A stretch of 64,000 nucleotides of DNA from the NCBI GenBank assembly GCA_002269645.1, contig NIVC01003785.1:1-64000 (forward strand), read 5' to 3'. A program made the translations under genes and the position numbers. The stretch is from Macrostomum lignano (Eukaryota). Under the pieces are notes generated by a model. That model had not been told where the DNA came from, did no database searches, and was given only the letters and a program-made list of their open reading frames with translations. Shown in pieces: positions 36,882-49,600 of the stretch (its first letter is position 1; every line of letters begins with the position of its first letter).

Positions 36882-39800
36882 CTATAGTATGCATTCAGAT
36901 TCGAATGAATATCGGAATTCCAACAGGTAAGGCAAGATGCCCAGAGCAACGGAAGCCGCGACAACCAACGGGCCGCTCCGCAGATGCTGAGCAGCCTGGT
37001 CAGTTTCTTTAACTATCGGCTTTTGACTGGCTTTAGCGGCGCTATCCGATACAGTCTCGTTGAGACTGTCCGTCCATTCCTCGATCTGTTCAGCAGGGCC
37101 GGGGTTGTGCCTTTTCTTGCACCCGCCATCGCTGGCCGGCACCATCCAGCCGCCGTGGCACTTCGGCCCGCTGTACTTGGCGACCCGTCTCGGCGGCAGG
37201 CAGTAACCAAGTCTGCACAGGCCGCCCGTCGCCTTGTCGCACAGCCAGTCGGGCAGCACAGAGACATCCGGCGGACAAACTGACGATTTACCATCGCAGA
37301 ACTCCGGGAAGTCGCATCTGGAAGGAGGTGACAAGTGAATCTGGCTGACGAATTTCTCGCGAATTATTCACGTTTGACCCTCATAAGCTCGTTTTAACCG
37401 ATTAAATCAAGTACATTTCCAACAGAGCGGACCAAATAATATTAATATTACTATTACTATTATTATTATTACTAAGCAAACCTGGGATCTTCGGCCAGTC
37501 TGCACAGAGTGCCCGCGGCCAGCGGGCTGCACGAAGTCGTGTTGCAGCAGTCGCCAGTTGCGCACGCTGCGCCTTTGACCAGCTTGCAGGCGTCGGCCTG
37601 GCAGCAGCGATCCTTTCTGCAGGCGAGCGGCCCGCCGCAGTCGCACTCTTCGCCAGGCTCGACAATCCCATTGCCGCAGGTCGGTCCCCAGTCCTTCGAG
37701 TACTCAACGGTGATGCTTTGTCCGTCTGGAGATCACACAAAATTTGAATGGTTGCAATTTCAATGTTCAGAAAGCCCGTAATCAAAACTTGGGCCGACAG
37801 GCTTCCCAATGTTTAACAACTTACAAAATGCAGTTGGATCCACAGTTGAACGTGGAAGAAACCCTCTGGCCAAGACTACCCAGCCGTCTGATGCGAGCTA
37901 GTAAGCAAACACAGAGCATCTGAAGGCTGCTTACGGCTGTTCAGTCCAAGGACTGGGGGGTCATCACTCACCACACACCCCAATTGCCTCAGCTAATGCT
38001 GGCACCCATTTTACAGCTGGGTGAACTGAAGCAATGCAGAGTTAAGTGTCTTGCTCAAGGACATAAATTGTTCCAGTGGGATCGGGAATCGAACCCCCGA
38101 CCTTCAAGTCGTGAGTCCAACGCTCTGACCACTAGGCTACAACCCCTGCTATCAGATTAATGATGTTAAGACCTCGCTTCTTTCCAATGCGAACGCCCCA
38201 GCAAGCAAAGTTGGGGACATGAGGACCCAGCCTTAATATACAATGGAATTTGCGATGAACCAGTATAAAACCTTGTACAAGTACAACCCAAGAAAGAAAG
38301 TTCGCTTATCCTCCTCGCCCTTGTTTTCTGTCCCACCCTTGGCCTGCTACTCGAATCTCGACTTTGGAGACTTACGGAGCTGAGTATAACAGGGACTAAG
38401 TTGAACGAAAACTTGACTTAAACAATAATCTGACCTTCAACTTTTGGCCTACTTGGCCTGGCACTAACGCTTGAGCATTGAATCGTGGAACAAAAGCCAC
38501 AAAGACTAGAGCAAACAAAGCGTACAGTATTGTACTCTGGCTCACCCTCGCGAGCTCCAGAGCTCCAGTTGGCGGACAGGCAGGCCTTCCCAAGCGCCAG
38601 AGCATCGAGAGACTCGGCCAGCTTGTCGATGCTGCAAGTGGACCAGCCAATCGGACTTTTCTCATCGTCCATGCCTACGTATTGGTCCATCAGGCAGCGG
38701 GAGAACTCGCACCGGCACTTGTCGTCGGCGTTGTCGTGGCCGCAGCCAACTCGGTGGCTGATCTCGTGGGCCAGAGCGACTCCAGCTGTTACGATGTAGT
38801 TTGGCTTGTTCGTCTCCAGCTGTGAATTATGAGCAAGAGTTATCATTCAATGCGTAAAAACAGGCAGAGGTCAAGCACCAGAACGGAGCCCAAAGTAAAG
38901 CTTTGGATCAAGCAAAACTACAATTTATCATTTGTGGGACAAGTTGATAAAAATGCCGCAAATAAAAACAATGGAATTGGATTTGCAAGTCAACTTAAGC
39001 CTCTTACATCATGGAGAGGCTATAGTTACGCCAAGTTTCAATTTTCATCATAAAAATGGTTCATTCAACCGTTCCCTCACCATGACGAAGCCTTTGCATT
39101 TCGGCTTGCCGTAGTCTTTCTTGCAAGGGTGACCGGATGAGTCCGAAATTGAGTAGTTCATATGGTCCCGGCCTCTGCAAAATTGAAAGAAAAAATCTAA
39201 TTGAAAGTGCTTCAGCTCAGAAACTGTAAACAAATTGACACGAATTCAGCAATATTTTTATTAACTCACAGGAAAATAAAAACGCAATTAATGACCTCTT
39301 CAAACATGTAAGAGTAATACTGGTAGTTGTAATCGTTCAGAAAATATAATATGTCATTGCTTCGTGGTTCCAGACTTGACCCGACATGCTTCGACGGAAT
39401 GTGCGTGCTCGCCACCATGATGTAGAAGTTGAATGGCCTCAACAACTGCAATCACAAGCAAGGTGTTTGATGTGAGCAACTTTAACATAAATTAAAAATA
39501 ATTGTTACAGGCTTCAGAGCAAGTCTAAGTCTCCGGAGGTTTCAACTTCAGTCAGAGTCACTGTGCAAGTGTCAGGGTCGGTCAGTGCAGCTTGTGGAGT
39601 CAGGGTCGGTCAGTGCAGCTTGTGGAGTCAGGGTCGGTCAGAGTAGCTTGTGGAGTCAGGGTCGGTCAGAGTAGCTTGTGGAGTCAGGGTCGGTCAGAGC
39701 AGCTTGTGGAGTCAGGGTCGGTCAGAGTAGCTTGTGGAGTCAGGGTCGGTCAGAGTAGCTTGTGGAGTCAGGGTCGGTCAGAGCAGCTTGTGGAGTCAGG

Positions 39801-41348
39801 GTCGATCAGTGCAGCTTGTGGAGTCAGGGTCGGTCAGAGTAGCTTGTGGAGTCAGGGTCGGTCAGAGTAGCTTGTGGAGTCAGGGTCGGTCAGAGCAGCT
39901 TGTGGAGTCAGGGTCGGTCAGAGCAGCTTGTGAAGTCAGGGTTGGTCAGGATCATACCGAGTTGGCAAAGTTGACGACCTTCTTTGCCGTCGCGATCAGG
40001 TTTTTAGTGCTTTTCATCAGGCTCTCCTAAAACAGTGTTTAAATTTGATCTGATCACGTTTTGGATTCTCCTAGCATAGCAACAAAGCAATCGTGAATCA
40101 AAGTGCATTGCATACCAGATCTTTTTCTAGGTAGAGATGCAGCCTAATTATATAAGGCCCGAATTTGGTCAAGAATCTGCTCTGCTGGTTTATGCTAACA
40201 TTGACGCGAGTGAACTGGAATCTGTACTTTAGATCTACTTTGTGATTGCGCATTCGAGGATCGTATCTGCGCACCCGACTTAGCAGCTGAAATATTTTAG
40301 TGCGGTTTAAATGAGTGAACTTCAATTCACGAAGTGTGAGTTTATGAGTGAGGTTATAAGTGAATTTATGAGTGTCTGTAAGTGAGTTGATGAGTATGTT
40401 CAATAGCGAGTTCATGAGTGAGTTTATGAGTGAGTTCAATATTAAGTTTATGAGTGAGTTTATGAGCCAGTTTATGAGCCAGTTAATGAGTGAGTGGTTT
40501 TCAGTGCTACAAGCAAAGCCTCTCACCATCTCAGCCGGGGTCTCCGTTGCCGGTTCTGCAGGTTTGCAATGGAATGGTTTTGTTAAAATTTAATTTGCTG
40601 AAGTTAGGATGAACTTCACTGCAATGAAGCAGAAGCATTATCATCTTTTGAGGGAAAAATTGTTCTAATTTTTCTGGAATTGGTTGCAGATCTTACTATT
40701 TGAGCATTGATTGTCAAGCGCACACACAACATTGCACAAATACTAAAATAACTTGTTGGGCCACTCAGCTCATTTACGTGTAAGCTACTTTCAGTTCAGT
40801 AGTCAGTTAAACATACGCATTTTAATGTATTTTTAAAGCCTAGGCTCATTTATTTGCTCTCTTACCCCCAGCTTAAACCCTCCAACCGCGCCTTTCCACA
40901 GTACCCCCCGCCCCGCCCCAATTTTTATTGCCTTTCTCGGAATTCCAGCCTAAAGCTGCCATGTACATTTCAGTGGACTGGCTAATGTACATTATTGCTG
41001 AACCAATTAGCAAGCTGTTTACGTCTGCAAGCTTGGGCTTCTAAGCTTATCAAAGTCATTTCAGCTGCCTTTATTTTTATAAAATAGCTTATGTATTCTT
41101 CATTGCTACTGAACTGAAAGTAGAAAGCTGTTTTACTAAGTATATATGCCTGAGTGGCCCATCTAGTTATTTTAGTATCTGTGAGCGCACCTAAGATGCA
41201 TCGACCTACATTTAATATCAGACAAGTGTCAGGTTAAGATAGCAATTGATCCACCACCAGCCAAGTGCCTACCTTGATTTCCAACGATCAAATTAAGCAC
41301 CACCAAAGCACTGGCGAAAACCAAACAGATGTTTTTTAAATGCAGCAT
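36882..41348 (-). CDS. ADAM-like metalloprotease-disintegrin, paralog B (522 aa); exons 41348-41273, 40555-40527, 40286-40116, 40026-39958, 39445-39270, 39174-39081, 38819-38546, 37725-37482, 37317-36882
   Basis: [25 protein letters not shown]|[10 protein letters not shown]|LLSRVRR...; [12 protein letters not shown] with CLM; disintegrin; hydrophobic tail. Exons sum to 1569 nt, all junctions in phase. Confidence 0.9.
37914..38143 (-). mobile_element. CORE-type SINE, copy 4
   Basis: Near-identical to the other copies. Confidence 0.85.
39570..39950. repeat. 28-bp minisatellite GTCAGGGTCGGTCAGAGCAGCTTGTGGA in an ADAM-B intron
   Basis: About 13 copies, ending a few nt from the donor at 39957. 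Confidence 0.97.
40310..40500. repeat. 12-bp repeat ATGAGTGAGTT(T/C) in an ADAM-B intron
   Basis: Direct inspection; the same unit occurs inverted at 46615-46830. Confidence 0.85.
40735..41183. mobile_element. MITE-like element, ~445 bp, copy 1
   Basis: TIR CACAAATACTAAAATAACTTGTTGGGCCACTCAG / CTGAGTGGCCCATCTAGTTATTTTAGTATCTGTG; interior nearly identical to 47245-47685. Confidence 0.8.
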
Positions 41349-41997
41349 GGGCGGCGAACATTCAGCTTTTGACGTTTTTATTTATATGAATTATTTGTCT
41401 TCTCAAAAAATCACTAGAATTGTTATTTCTCATTTTTGTTGGGCTTAACTAATGCAAAGTCCAAAATCAATCTGTCTATGGTATGGTTAGTGAGTTACGA
41501 GTACATTAAATTCGAATAGCAACAATTACGATTTTTAAAAATATTGGCGGCAGGGGTGGATTACATGATCGAGAAAACTACAAGTGACAATTTGTCAAGC
41601 GCTATCCTGGCCACTTGTAAACATAGACTACGCTTTTGTGGCCAAGCAATCACTGGAATTCTCTGGAGCACATGGCATTGAAATAAAATTTGACAAGTGG
41701 TCCGTGCGCTTGTCAAGTGTGCATTCAAGCTTTTACTCTCAGTTTTGCAAGCGATCAGCGTGATGTTTAGCGATGGTGAGGATGAGGACCTTCCGCTTCT
41801 TTATTGTCCTTCATTTGAAAAAGGGAAACGTACGTCAAATAACAAATAGGGAGGCTAAACAATCATCTTCTACGAGATTAAAGATGCAGAAAGCCTCTAA
41901 GAAACCTAACGATAATATCTACGCATTTTGGCCCATAGGCATGGAATTTCGAGGGAGCTCTTTCGAAAATCGTCAATTGTTTTTTAAAAGCTTCATG

Positions 41998-42214
41998 AAG
42001 GCTGCGTACGGCTGTTCAGTCCAAGGACTGGGGGGTCGCCATACACACCCCCAATTGCCCGAGCTAATGCTGGCACCCATTTTACAGCTGGGTGAACTGA
42101 AGCAATGCAGAGTTAAGTTTCTTGCTCAAGGACACAAATTTTTCCAGTGGAATCGGGAATCGAACCCCCGACCTTCAAGTCGTGAGTCCAACGCTCTGAC
42201 CACTAGGCTACAAC
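41998..42214 (-). mobile_element. CORE-type SINE, copy 5
   Basis: Near-identical to the other copies. Confidence 0.85.
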
Positions 42215-42474
42215 CTCTTAGTTAGAGCATGTTATTGTAGTTACATGCTTCAACTCACTTGGATAGCCATTTCGGTTCTGAGACAATTTGAAAAGTTGCT
42301 TGACTTCGATTTTGGACTAGAAAAAACGAAAAGATTTCCGCTTAAGCCTTAAATTTGAAGCACTCCATCGCACTGTCTGTTATGCAGATGAGTGAGAAAA
42401 AAACATCAAAAAGCTGCACTCCAGCCAAAATTTAACTCTTCTACTATTGCTACGACGGCAGCATGGCTATCGTT

Positions 42475-43410
42475 AGGTTTTCTGTGGAGATGTCAGGATC
42501 GGTCAGGTTTCTGTGGAGGTGTCAGGATCGGTCAGGTTTCTGTGGAGGTGTCAGGATCGGTCAGGTTTCTGTGGATGTGTCAGGATCGGTCAGGTTTCTG
42601 TGGAGGTGTCAGGATCGGTCAGGTTTCTGTGGAGGTGTCAGGATCGGTCAGGTTTCTGTGGAGGTGTCAGGATCGGTCAGGTTTCTGTGGAGGTGTCAGG
42701 ATCGGTCAGGTTTCTGTGGAGGTGTCAGGATCGGTCAGGTTTCTGTGGAGGTGTCAGGATCGGTCAGGTTTCTGTGGAGGTGTCAGGATCGGTCAGGTTT
42801 CTGTGGAGGTGTCAGGATCGGTCAGGTTTCTGTGGAGGTGTCAGGATCGGTCAGGTTTCTGTGGAGGTGTCAGGATCGGTCAGGTTTCTGTGGAGGTGTC
42901 AGGATCGGTCAGGTTTCTGTGGAGGTGTCAGGATCGGTCAGGTTTCTGTGGAGGTGTCAGGATCGGTCAGGTTTCTGTGGAGGTGTCAGGATCGGTCAGG
43001 TTTCTGTGGAGGTGTCAGGATCGGTCAGGTTTCTGTGGAGGTGTCAGGATCGGTCAGGTTTCTGTGGAGGTGTCAGGATCGGTCAGGTTTCTGTGGAGGT
43101 GTCAGGATCGGTCAGGTTTCTGTGGAGGTGTCAGGATCGGTCAGGTTTCTGTGGAGGTGTCAGGATCGGTCAGGTTTCTGTGGAGGTGTCAGGATCGGTC
43201 AGGTTTCTGTGGAGGTGTCAGGATCGGTCAGGTTTCTGTGGAGGTGTCAGGATCGGTCAGGTTTCTGTGGAGGTGTCAGGATCGGTCAGGTTTCTGTGGA
43301 GGTGTCAGGATCGGTCAGGTTTCTGTGGAGGTGTCAGGATCGGTCAGGTTTCTGTGGAGGTGTCAGGATCGGTCAGGTTTCTGTGGAGGTGTCAGGATCG
43401 GTCAGGTTTC
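42475..43410. repeat. 29-bp minisatellite GTGTCAGGATCGGTCAGGTTTCTGTGGAG, ~32 almost perfect copies
   Basis: Direct inspection; gives three spurious repeat ORFs. Confidence 0.98.
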
Positions 43411-43611
43411 TTTGCAAGTGTCAAAGTCGGTCACAGCTGCAGGAATTATAGAATGAGCTATGATAAAAAGTATATTTTTGGTTTGCAATGAAGAAATTCT
43501 TACAAGGGAAAGGTTAAAACCGCTAGAGCTCATTGTTTACTCAGCTCTGCAATATGCCTGACTATGCAATATGCCTGCAATATAGGGCAGGTGAAGCTAC
43601 AAAATTCACTA

Positions 43612-46600
43612 TCAACTCGGCAGCAGAACTGAAACTAATACAACAGTGGAAGCCACCGCCAGCCAGAGTTCACTACCGACATGCCGAAACCCCCGATCCT
43701 GCGTCTCTAACACCGGCCGATGGTTCACCGTCGAATTAAGCTTTGAATCTGTATCTAAAGTGGAATTATTCTCCTTGGAATCCTCGTTGTGCTCAAACGC
43801 AAACACGATGTCGTCCTTTGGCAGCGGGTCCACCCACTCCTCCAGCTGCTCGGCGGGACCCGGCTCGTGCATCGGTTTGCAGTCGCCAGCCGTGGTTGGC
43901 ACCGTCTTGCCGAGTTCGCACCGCGGCCCGCTGAACTTGGCGCCCCACCGTGGCGGCAGGCAAGCGCGAAGGCGGCACCGCTGGGTCTTCTTCCCGTCGC
44001 ACGGCCAGTCGGACATCACCGAGAGGTCCGGAGGACACGTCGCCTTCACGCCGTCGCAGAACTCAGGGTAGTCGCATCTGAACACGCGATGTGCAGAAAG
44101 CTTTGGAGTAACACTAATGAGGTTTCGGTGGTACATTTTTTAATGCATGAAAATCCATTCAAAAAATAAATATTCGCCAAAAGGGTTGTAATTGGCACCT
44201 TGGCGCAGAGCCGTCGGCAACATGGTCCCACAAGCAGCACTGACAAGCGCGCCAATACTGTACACAGACATGCACTCATACTAATGGTGCAGAGAAGTGA
44301 CCAGGTGTAGAAACTTTAACTGAGTGTGATGTGAGCACACAGAAAGATAAATACTACTGAATAAAGAGCATGAGTAGTTTGAAAGCACTTGAAGCGATGT
44401 CTCTGCTATCTCACCAAGATTCTACACGGTAAACCTGCTGCAAAACGGACCTGTGATCAACAGCCAGCCTGCAGAGGACGCCGCTAGCCAGTGGCGTGCA
44501 CGAAGTCATGTTGCAGCAGTCGCCGAATCCGCAGGCTGCCCCCGCGACCAGTTTGCAGGTGTCTGCCTGGCAGCAGCGGTTGTTCTGGCAGGCGAGCGGT
44601 CCGCCGCAGTCGCACTCTTCGTTGGGCTCGACAATGCCGTTGCCGCAGGTCGGTCCCCAGTCCTTCGAGTACTGCATCATGATGCTGCGCCCGTCTGTGA
44701 AACATGCATAGCGGGTGCCTTATTAAGAAGGGGGGGAAGCCCGATTTAGAGCTTCAGACTACAGTCTTCAATGGATTTATCTTGTCGGAACAGTCAACCA
44801 AAACTCCTTGGAGTTGAGTTTGTCTGCAGGCAACTTTGGGTCAGCGATCCGCAGTCAGCGAGGATGCAATCAGTCATGCTCATTCCACTGACACCTGAGC
44901 AGGCACACATTCACACAGGGTTAATTTTCTTGCTCACCGTTATGAGGCTTCCAGTTCCACTTGGCGGACAGGCAGGCCTTGCCCAGCGCCAGAGCATCGA
45001 GAGAATCGGCCATACTGTTGATGCTGCAAGTCGACCAGCCAATTGGCTCAGCTTTGCCTTCCGTGACCACGTATTCGTTCATCAGACATCGTGGGAAATG
45101 GCACTGGCAGTACTTTGAGTCGTGACTGGCGCCTATCCTGTGGCTGAGCTCGTGGGCCAGGGCCAGTCCCGCCGTCTTGATGTAGTTCGACTTGCTAAGT
45201 TCCAACTGCGGAACGGGGTGTCATGCAGGAAAGTTTTATTCTGATAAGCTGCTCTTGTGAGTGATGCAGCCTGGGTTGGAGCCTACACCGCTAATGATAA
45301 AGTAAATAAGCCTTTATTGTTGCTAAGTTCGTCAATAATCGTCAATAGTCGCTAAGGAATCACCAATGGTCGCTAAGGAATCGTCAATAGTCGCTAAGGA
45401 ATCAACAATGGTCGCTAAGGAATCGTCAATAGTCGCTAAGGAATCAACAATGGTCGCTAAGGAATCGTCAATAGTCGCTAAGGAATCAACAATGGTCGCT
45501 AAGGAATCGTCAATAGTCGCTAAGGAATCAACAATGGTCGCTAAGGAATCGTCAATAGTCGCTAAGGAATCAACAATGGTCGCTAAGGAATCGTCAATAG
45601 TCGCTAAGGAATTATCTAGGGTCGCTAAGGAATCCTCTAGGGTCTTTGATATCCTCTAGGGTCGCTAAGGTATCCTCTAGGGTCGCTAAGGTATCCTCTA
45701 GGGTCTTTAAGGAATCCTCTAGGGTCGCTAAGGTATCCTCTAGGGTCGCTAAGGTATCCTCTAGGGTCGCTAAGGAATCCTCTAGGGTCGCTAAAAAATT
45801 ACCAATGGTCGCTAAAGAATTACCAATGGTCGCTAAGGATTTACCAATGGTCGCTAAAGAATTACCAATGGTCGCTAAAGAATCACCAATAGTCGCTAAA
45901 GAATTACCAATGGTCGCTAAGGATTTACCAATGGTCGCTAAGGATTTACCAATAGTCGCTAAAGAATCACCAATAGTCGCTAAAGAATTACCAATGGTCG
46001 CTAAGGATTTACCAATAGTCGCTAAAGAATTACCAATGGTCGCTAAAGAATTACCAATGGTCGCTTAGGATTTACCAATGGTCGCTAAAGAATTACCAAT
46101 GGTCGCTAAAGAATTACCAATGGTCGCTTAGGATTTACCAATGGTCGCTAAAGAATTACCAATGGTCGCTAAAGAATTACCAATGGTCGCTAAAGAATTA
46201 CCAATGGTCGCTAAGGATTTACCAATAGTCGCTAAAGAATTACCAATGGTCGCTAAAGAATTACCAATGGTCGCTTAGGATTTACCAATGGTCGCTAAAG
46301 AATTACCAATGGTCGCTAAAGAATTACCAATGGTCGCTTAGGATTTACCAATGGTCGCTAAGGAATTATAAATGGTCGCTAAGGGATCGTCTATGATAGC
46401 TTCGCTCCCCAGGATGCGATAATGATCTTGGCTGGTTTTATCAGCTTTTCAAGCTTTTTCTCTCACCGTAACGAATCCAATGCATTCTGGTCGGCCATAA
46501 AGGTCCTTACAGAGCTCGCCAGTGGAGTCCGACATCGTATAGTTCATGTTGTCGCGGCCTCTGCGAGTGTTGCCGAATATGCCCAAAAGCAGAGTAAGCT

Positions 46601-49600
46601 TTATAGTTTTCTAGTGAGTTCACTCATGAACTCATTCATAAACTCGCTCATGAACTCACTCATGAACTCCCTCATGATCTCGCTCATGAAGTCACTCATG
46701 AACTCCGTCATGATCTCGCTCATGAAGTCACTCATGAACTCACTCATGAACTCACTCATGAACTCACTCATGAACTCACTCATGAAATTGCCCATAAAGT
46801 AACTCATGAACTCCCTCATGAATTCACCCATAATAATCGTACCAAGTGTCATAATAAGGTACTGATAAACTTATTTCACATTAGTTCTGTCCAAATTTCT
46901 GGCATCCAGCGGGGCAAACTTACAAGAACGTGAATATACAATCGATGTTGTCCTCAAACATGTACTGCCAATAGTTTAAGGCATATTCGGAACGCAAGAA
47001 TTCAAGAATATCTTTGTCGGGAACGCTCGGGCTGTAACCCGTAAACTTGGACGGAGAATGCAGACTGGTCACCGTAATGTAGGCGTTGAATGGTTTCAGG
47101 AGCTGCAAAATTACAATGCAATCTGAGCTTGTGATAGTGGGATGACAATAACATTTGAAGGTCAACATTCAAGGACGGCCAGATAAAATGCAGGAGTGGC
47201 GACTCCTGCATCTCCAGCCAAAATAGGTTATATAGTATTAAACACAGATGCTAGAATATACTTGGGCCACTTAGCACATTTTCTTGTAATCTACTTTCAG
47301 TAGTAAGTTAAACGGAAGCATTTTAATGTATTTTAAAGCTTAGGCTCATTTATCGGCTCTTAAATAAAAAGCTTAGGCGACTCGCGCCTTTTCGCACTAT
47401 AATACGTACCCCCACCCCGCCCCAATTTTTATTGCCTTTCTCGGAATTCCAGCCTAAAGCTGCCATGTACATTTCAGTGGACTGGCTAATGTACATTATT
47501 GCTGAACCAATTAGCAAGCTGTTTACGCCTGCAAGCTTGGGCTTCTAAACTTATCAAATTCATTTCAGCTGCCTTTATTTTTATAAAATAGCTTACGTAT
47601 TCTTCATTGCTACTGAACTGAAAGTAGAAAGCTGTTTTACTAAGTATATATGCCTGAGTGGCCCATCTCGTAATTTTAGTATCTGATGTACTAAACGAAT
47701 CCTATGGATTTTGAAAGACCGTTCTTCGATCCAGCAAAATAATTCCAAGAAACAACGACCGCGAAAACATCTAAATATACTAAATCTCTAAGGTTTGTAT
47801 GCTTGTCCATGTCCAATATACTAAAAATCAAAACTATGTACCTATAGGAACCTTCGCTTAACTTGACTCTACATGGTCGGAATTTCGTGGGGTTTTCTGC
47901 ATTCGATGCGTATTGATGGTGCGCAGGTACACAAAATTTTGCTAAGAAATTGCTTCATTATTTCGGGCTTAAATATTCGAAAAACTCAATTTTCTCCCTG
48001 TTTTTTAAAGTTCAAACAGTTCTTTCCGATTGAGAAGCAGTCTGCCGGCCGATGGAATTGTATTGCATCATAACTCAGTGCCAACTATAGCATTGGTTCT
48101 CCACACTCGCGTGGAGAGCTACAAGCGTTGAAAGGTTGCGCAACACATTTTAATTGAGGGGCGGGTGTCGCTATTCAATTATTCATGGGCTGGCTTGGTT
48201 GTTAATTTCAATGCATCAACTTGCAGGCCTCTTACTGAGCTGGCGCTGAATGTACGCCTTATGAATTTGAATGCTTTAAAGCAGGAATGTTCAATCATTG
48301 TTTGTGCTTCGAGTTTTTTACTTTCAGAAGAGAGCCTTGTATTGCTAGAAAGAGCTTGAAACGCTGAGTTCGGGAATAATTTCTTTGCTTACTCGTAGAT
48401 TCGAAAAATTAAAAGCACAGCATTAAAAAGAAGATTCCTTTGAATTTTACTTTATATACTCATTGTACGCTCTCTAATATCGCAAACCCCTACTTTATCG
48501 CAATTCCACAATTCAAGCCAGCGCCATTGAATTTAGATTTAGATTGCGTAACCATATTGGTGACTTTATTTGAAACTGATACAGACTGGCTGAGAAATTA
48601 TGTCATAACTGCTTTGCGTGATTTACTCTGTGCGTGGAGTTTTGAAAGTGTTGAATTATGTAAGTGCTACAATTTATGTTATCAAAGCATTGAGAGATAG
48701 CCTAGAGGTAAACAGACTGACCTGCTAATGCAGCGACGTGGGTTCGAATTTTTAAATTGTAGAAGTATTTTATTAAAAAAAATTAATTTTAAACTTTTTA
48801 GCTAAAGAAAACTAAAAAAACGTCAGGTAAATCAGGTAGAAGAGAAGCTACGAGTATTATATTCAAAAAAAATTATTAAACTGAGATGCCAAGGCTAAGA
48901 GGGAATTGCTGAGATATCAAGACGTGAGGGGAATTGCTGAGATGTCAAGACTTACTGGGGGAATTACTGAGATATAAGGGCTTACTGAGAGAATTACTGA
49001 GATGCCAAGGCTTAAGAGTGAATTGCTGAGATGTCAAGGCTTGGAGGGAATTTCTGAGGTGTCAGGGCTTGGTGGGAATTGCTGAGATGTTAAGTCTTGG
49101 GGAGGAATTCTATGGATCGGGGAATCTTTGAACGAGAGATGCTTCTAATGGATATCTCGAGGAGATGAGGGGATTCTTTGGCCAAGAATTCTATTCATGG
49201 GCGGATTATTTGGATGGGAGTTTCTTTGGATTCCTTGAATGGGGGATTCTGTTGATGGGGATTATTTGGACGTAAAGTTTTTTGAACGGGTTTTTTTAGA
49301 TGAGGGTATTATTTGGCCAATTATTCTTTTGATGGGAGAATCAATGGATAATGTGGATGGAGATTCTGTGGATGGGGATTATTTGGACGTGGATTATTTG
49401 CATGGGGATTTTTTGGAGGGAGATTCTTTAGTTAGGAATGGATGGGGATGGATAGGAGGATTCTTTGGATAGGGATAAATAGGGGCATTTTTTCGATAGG
49501 GATGGATGGGGGATTCTTTGGATATGGATGGGTGGGGGGTTCTTTGGATATGGATGGGAGGGGGATTCTTTGGATATAGATGGGTGGGGGGATTCTTTGG

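Noticed and set aside
42392-43491. Three ORFs of 312-354 aa
   Set aside because: Read-through of the 29-bp repeat.
45366-46068. VAKE-repeat ORFs resembling coiled-coil or antifreeze-type proteins
   Set aside because: The 21-bp unit is a multiple of three by chance; it lies in an ADAM-C intron on the opposite strand.
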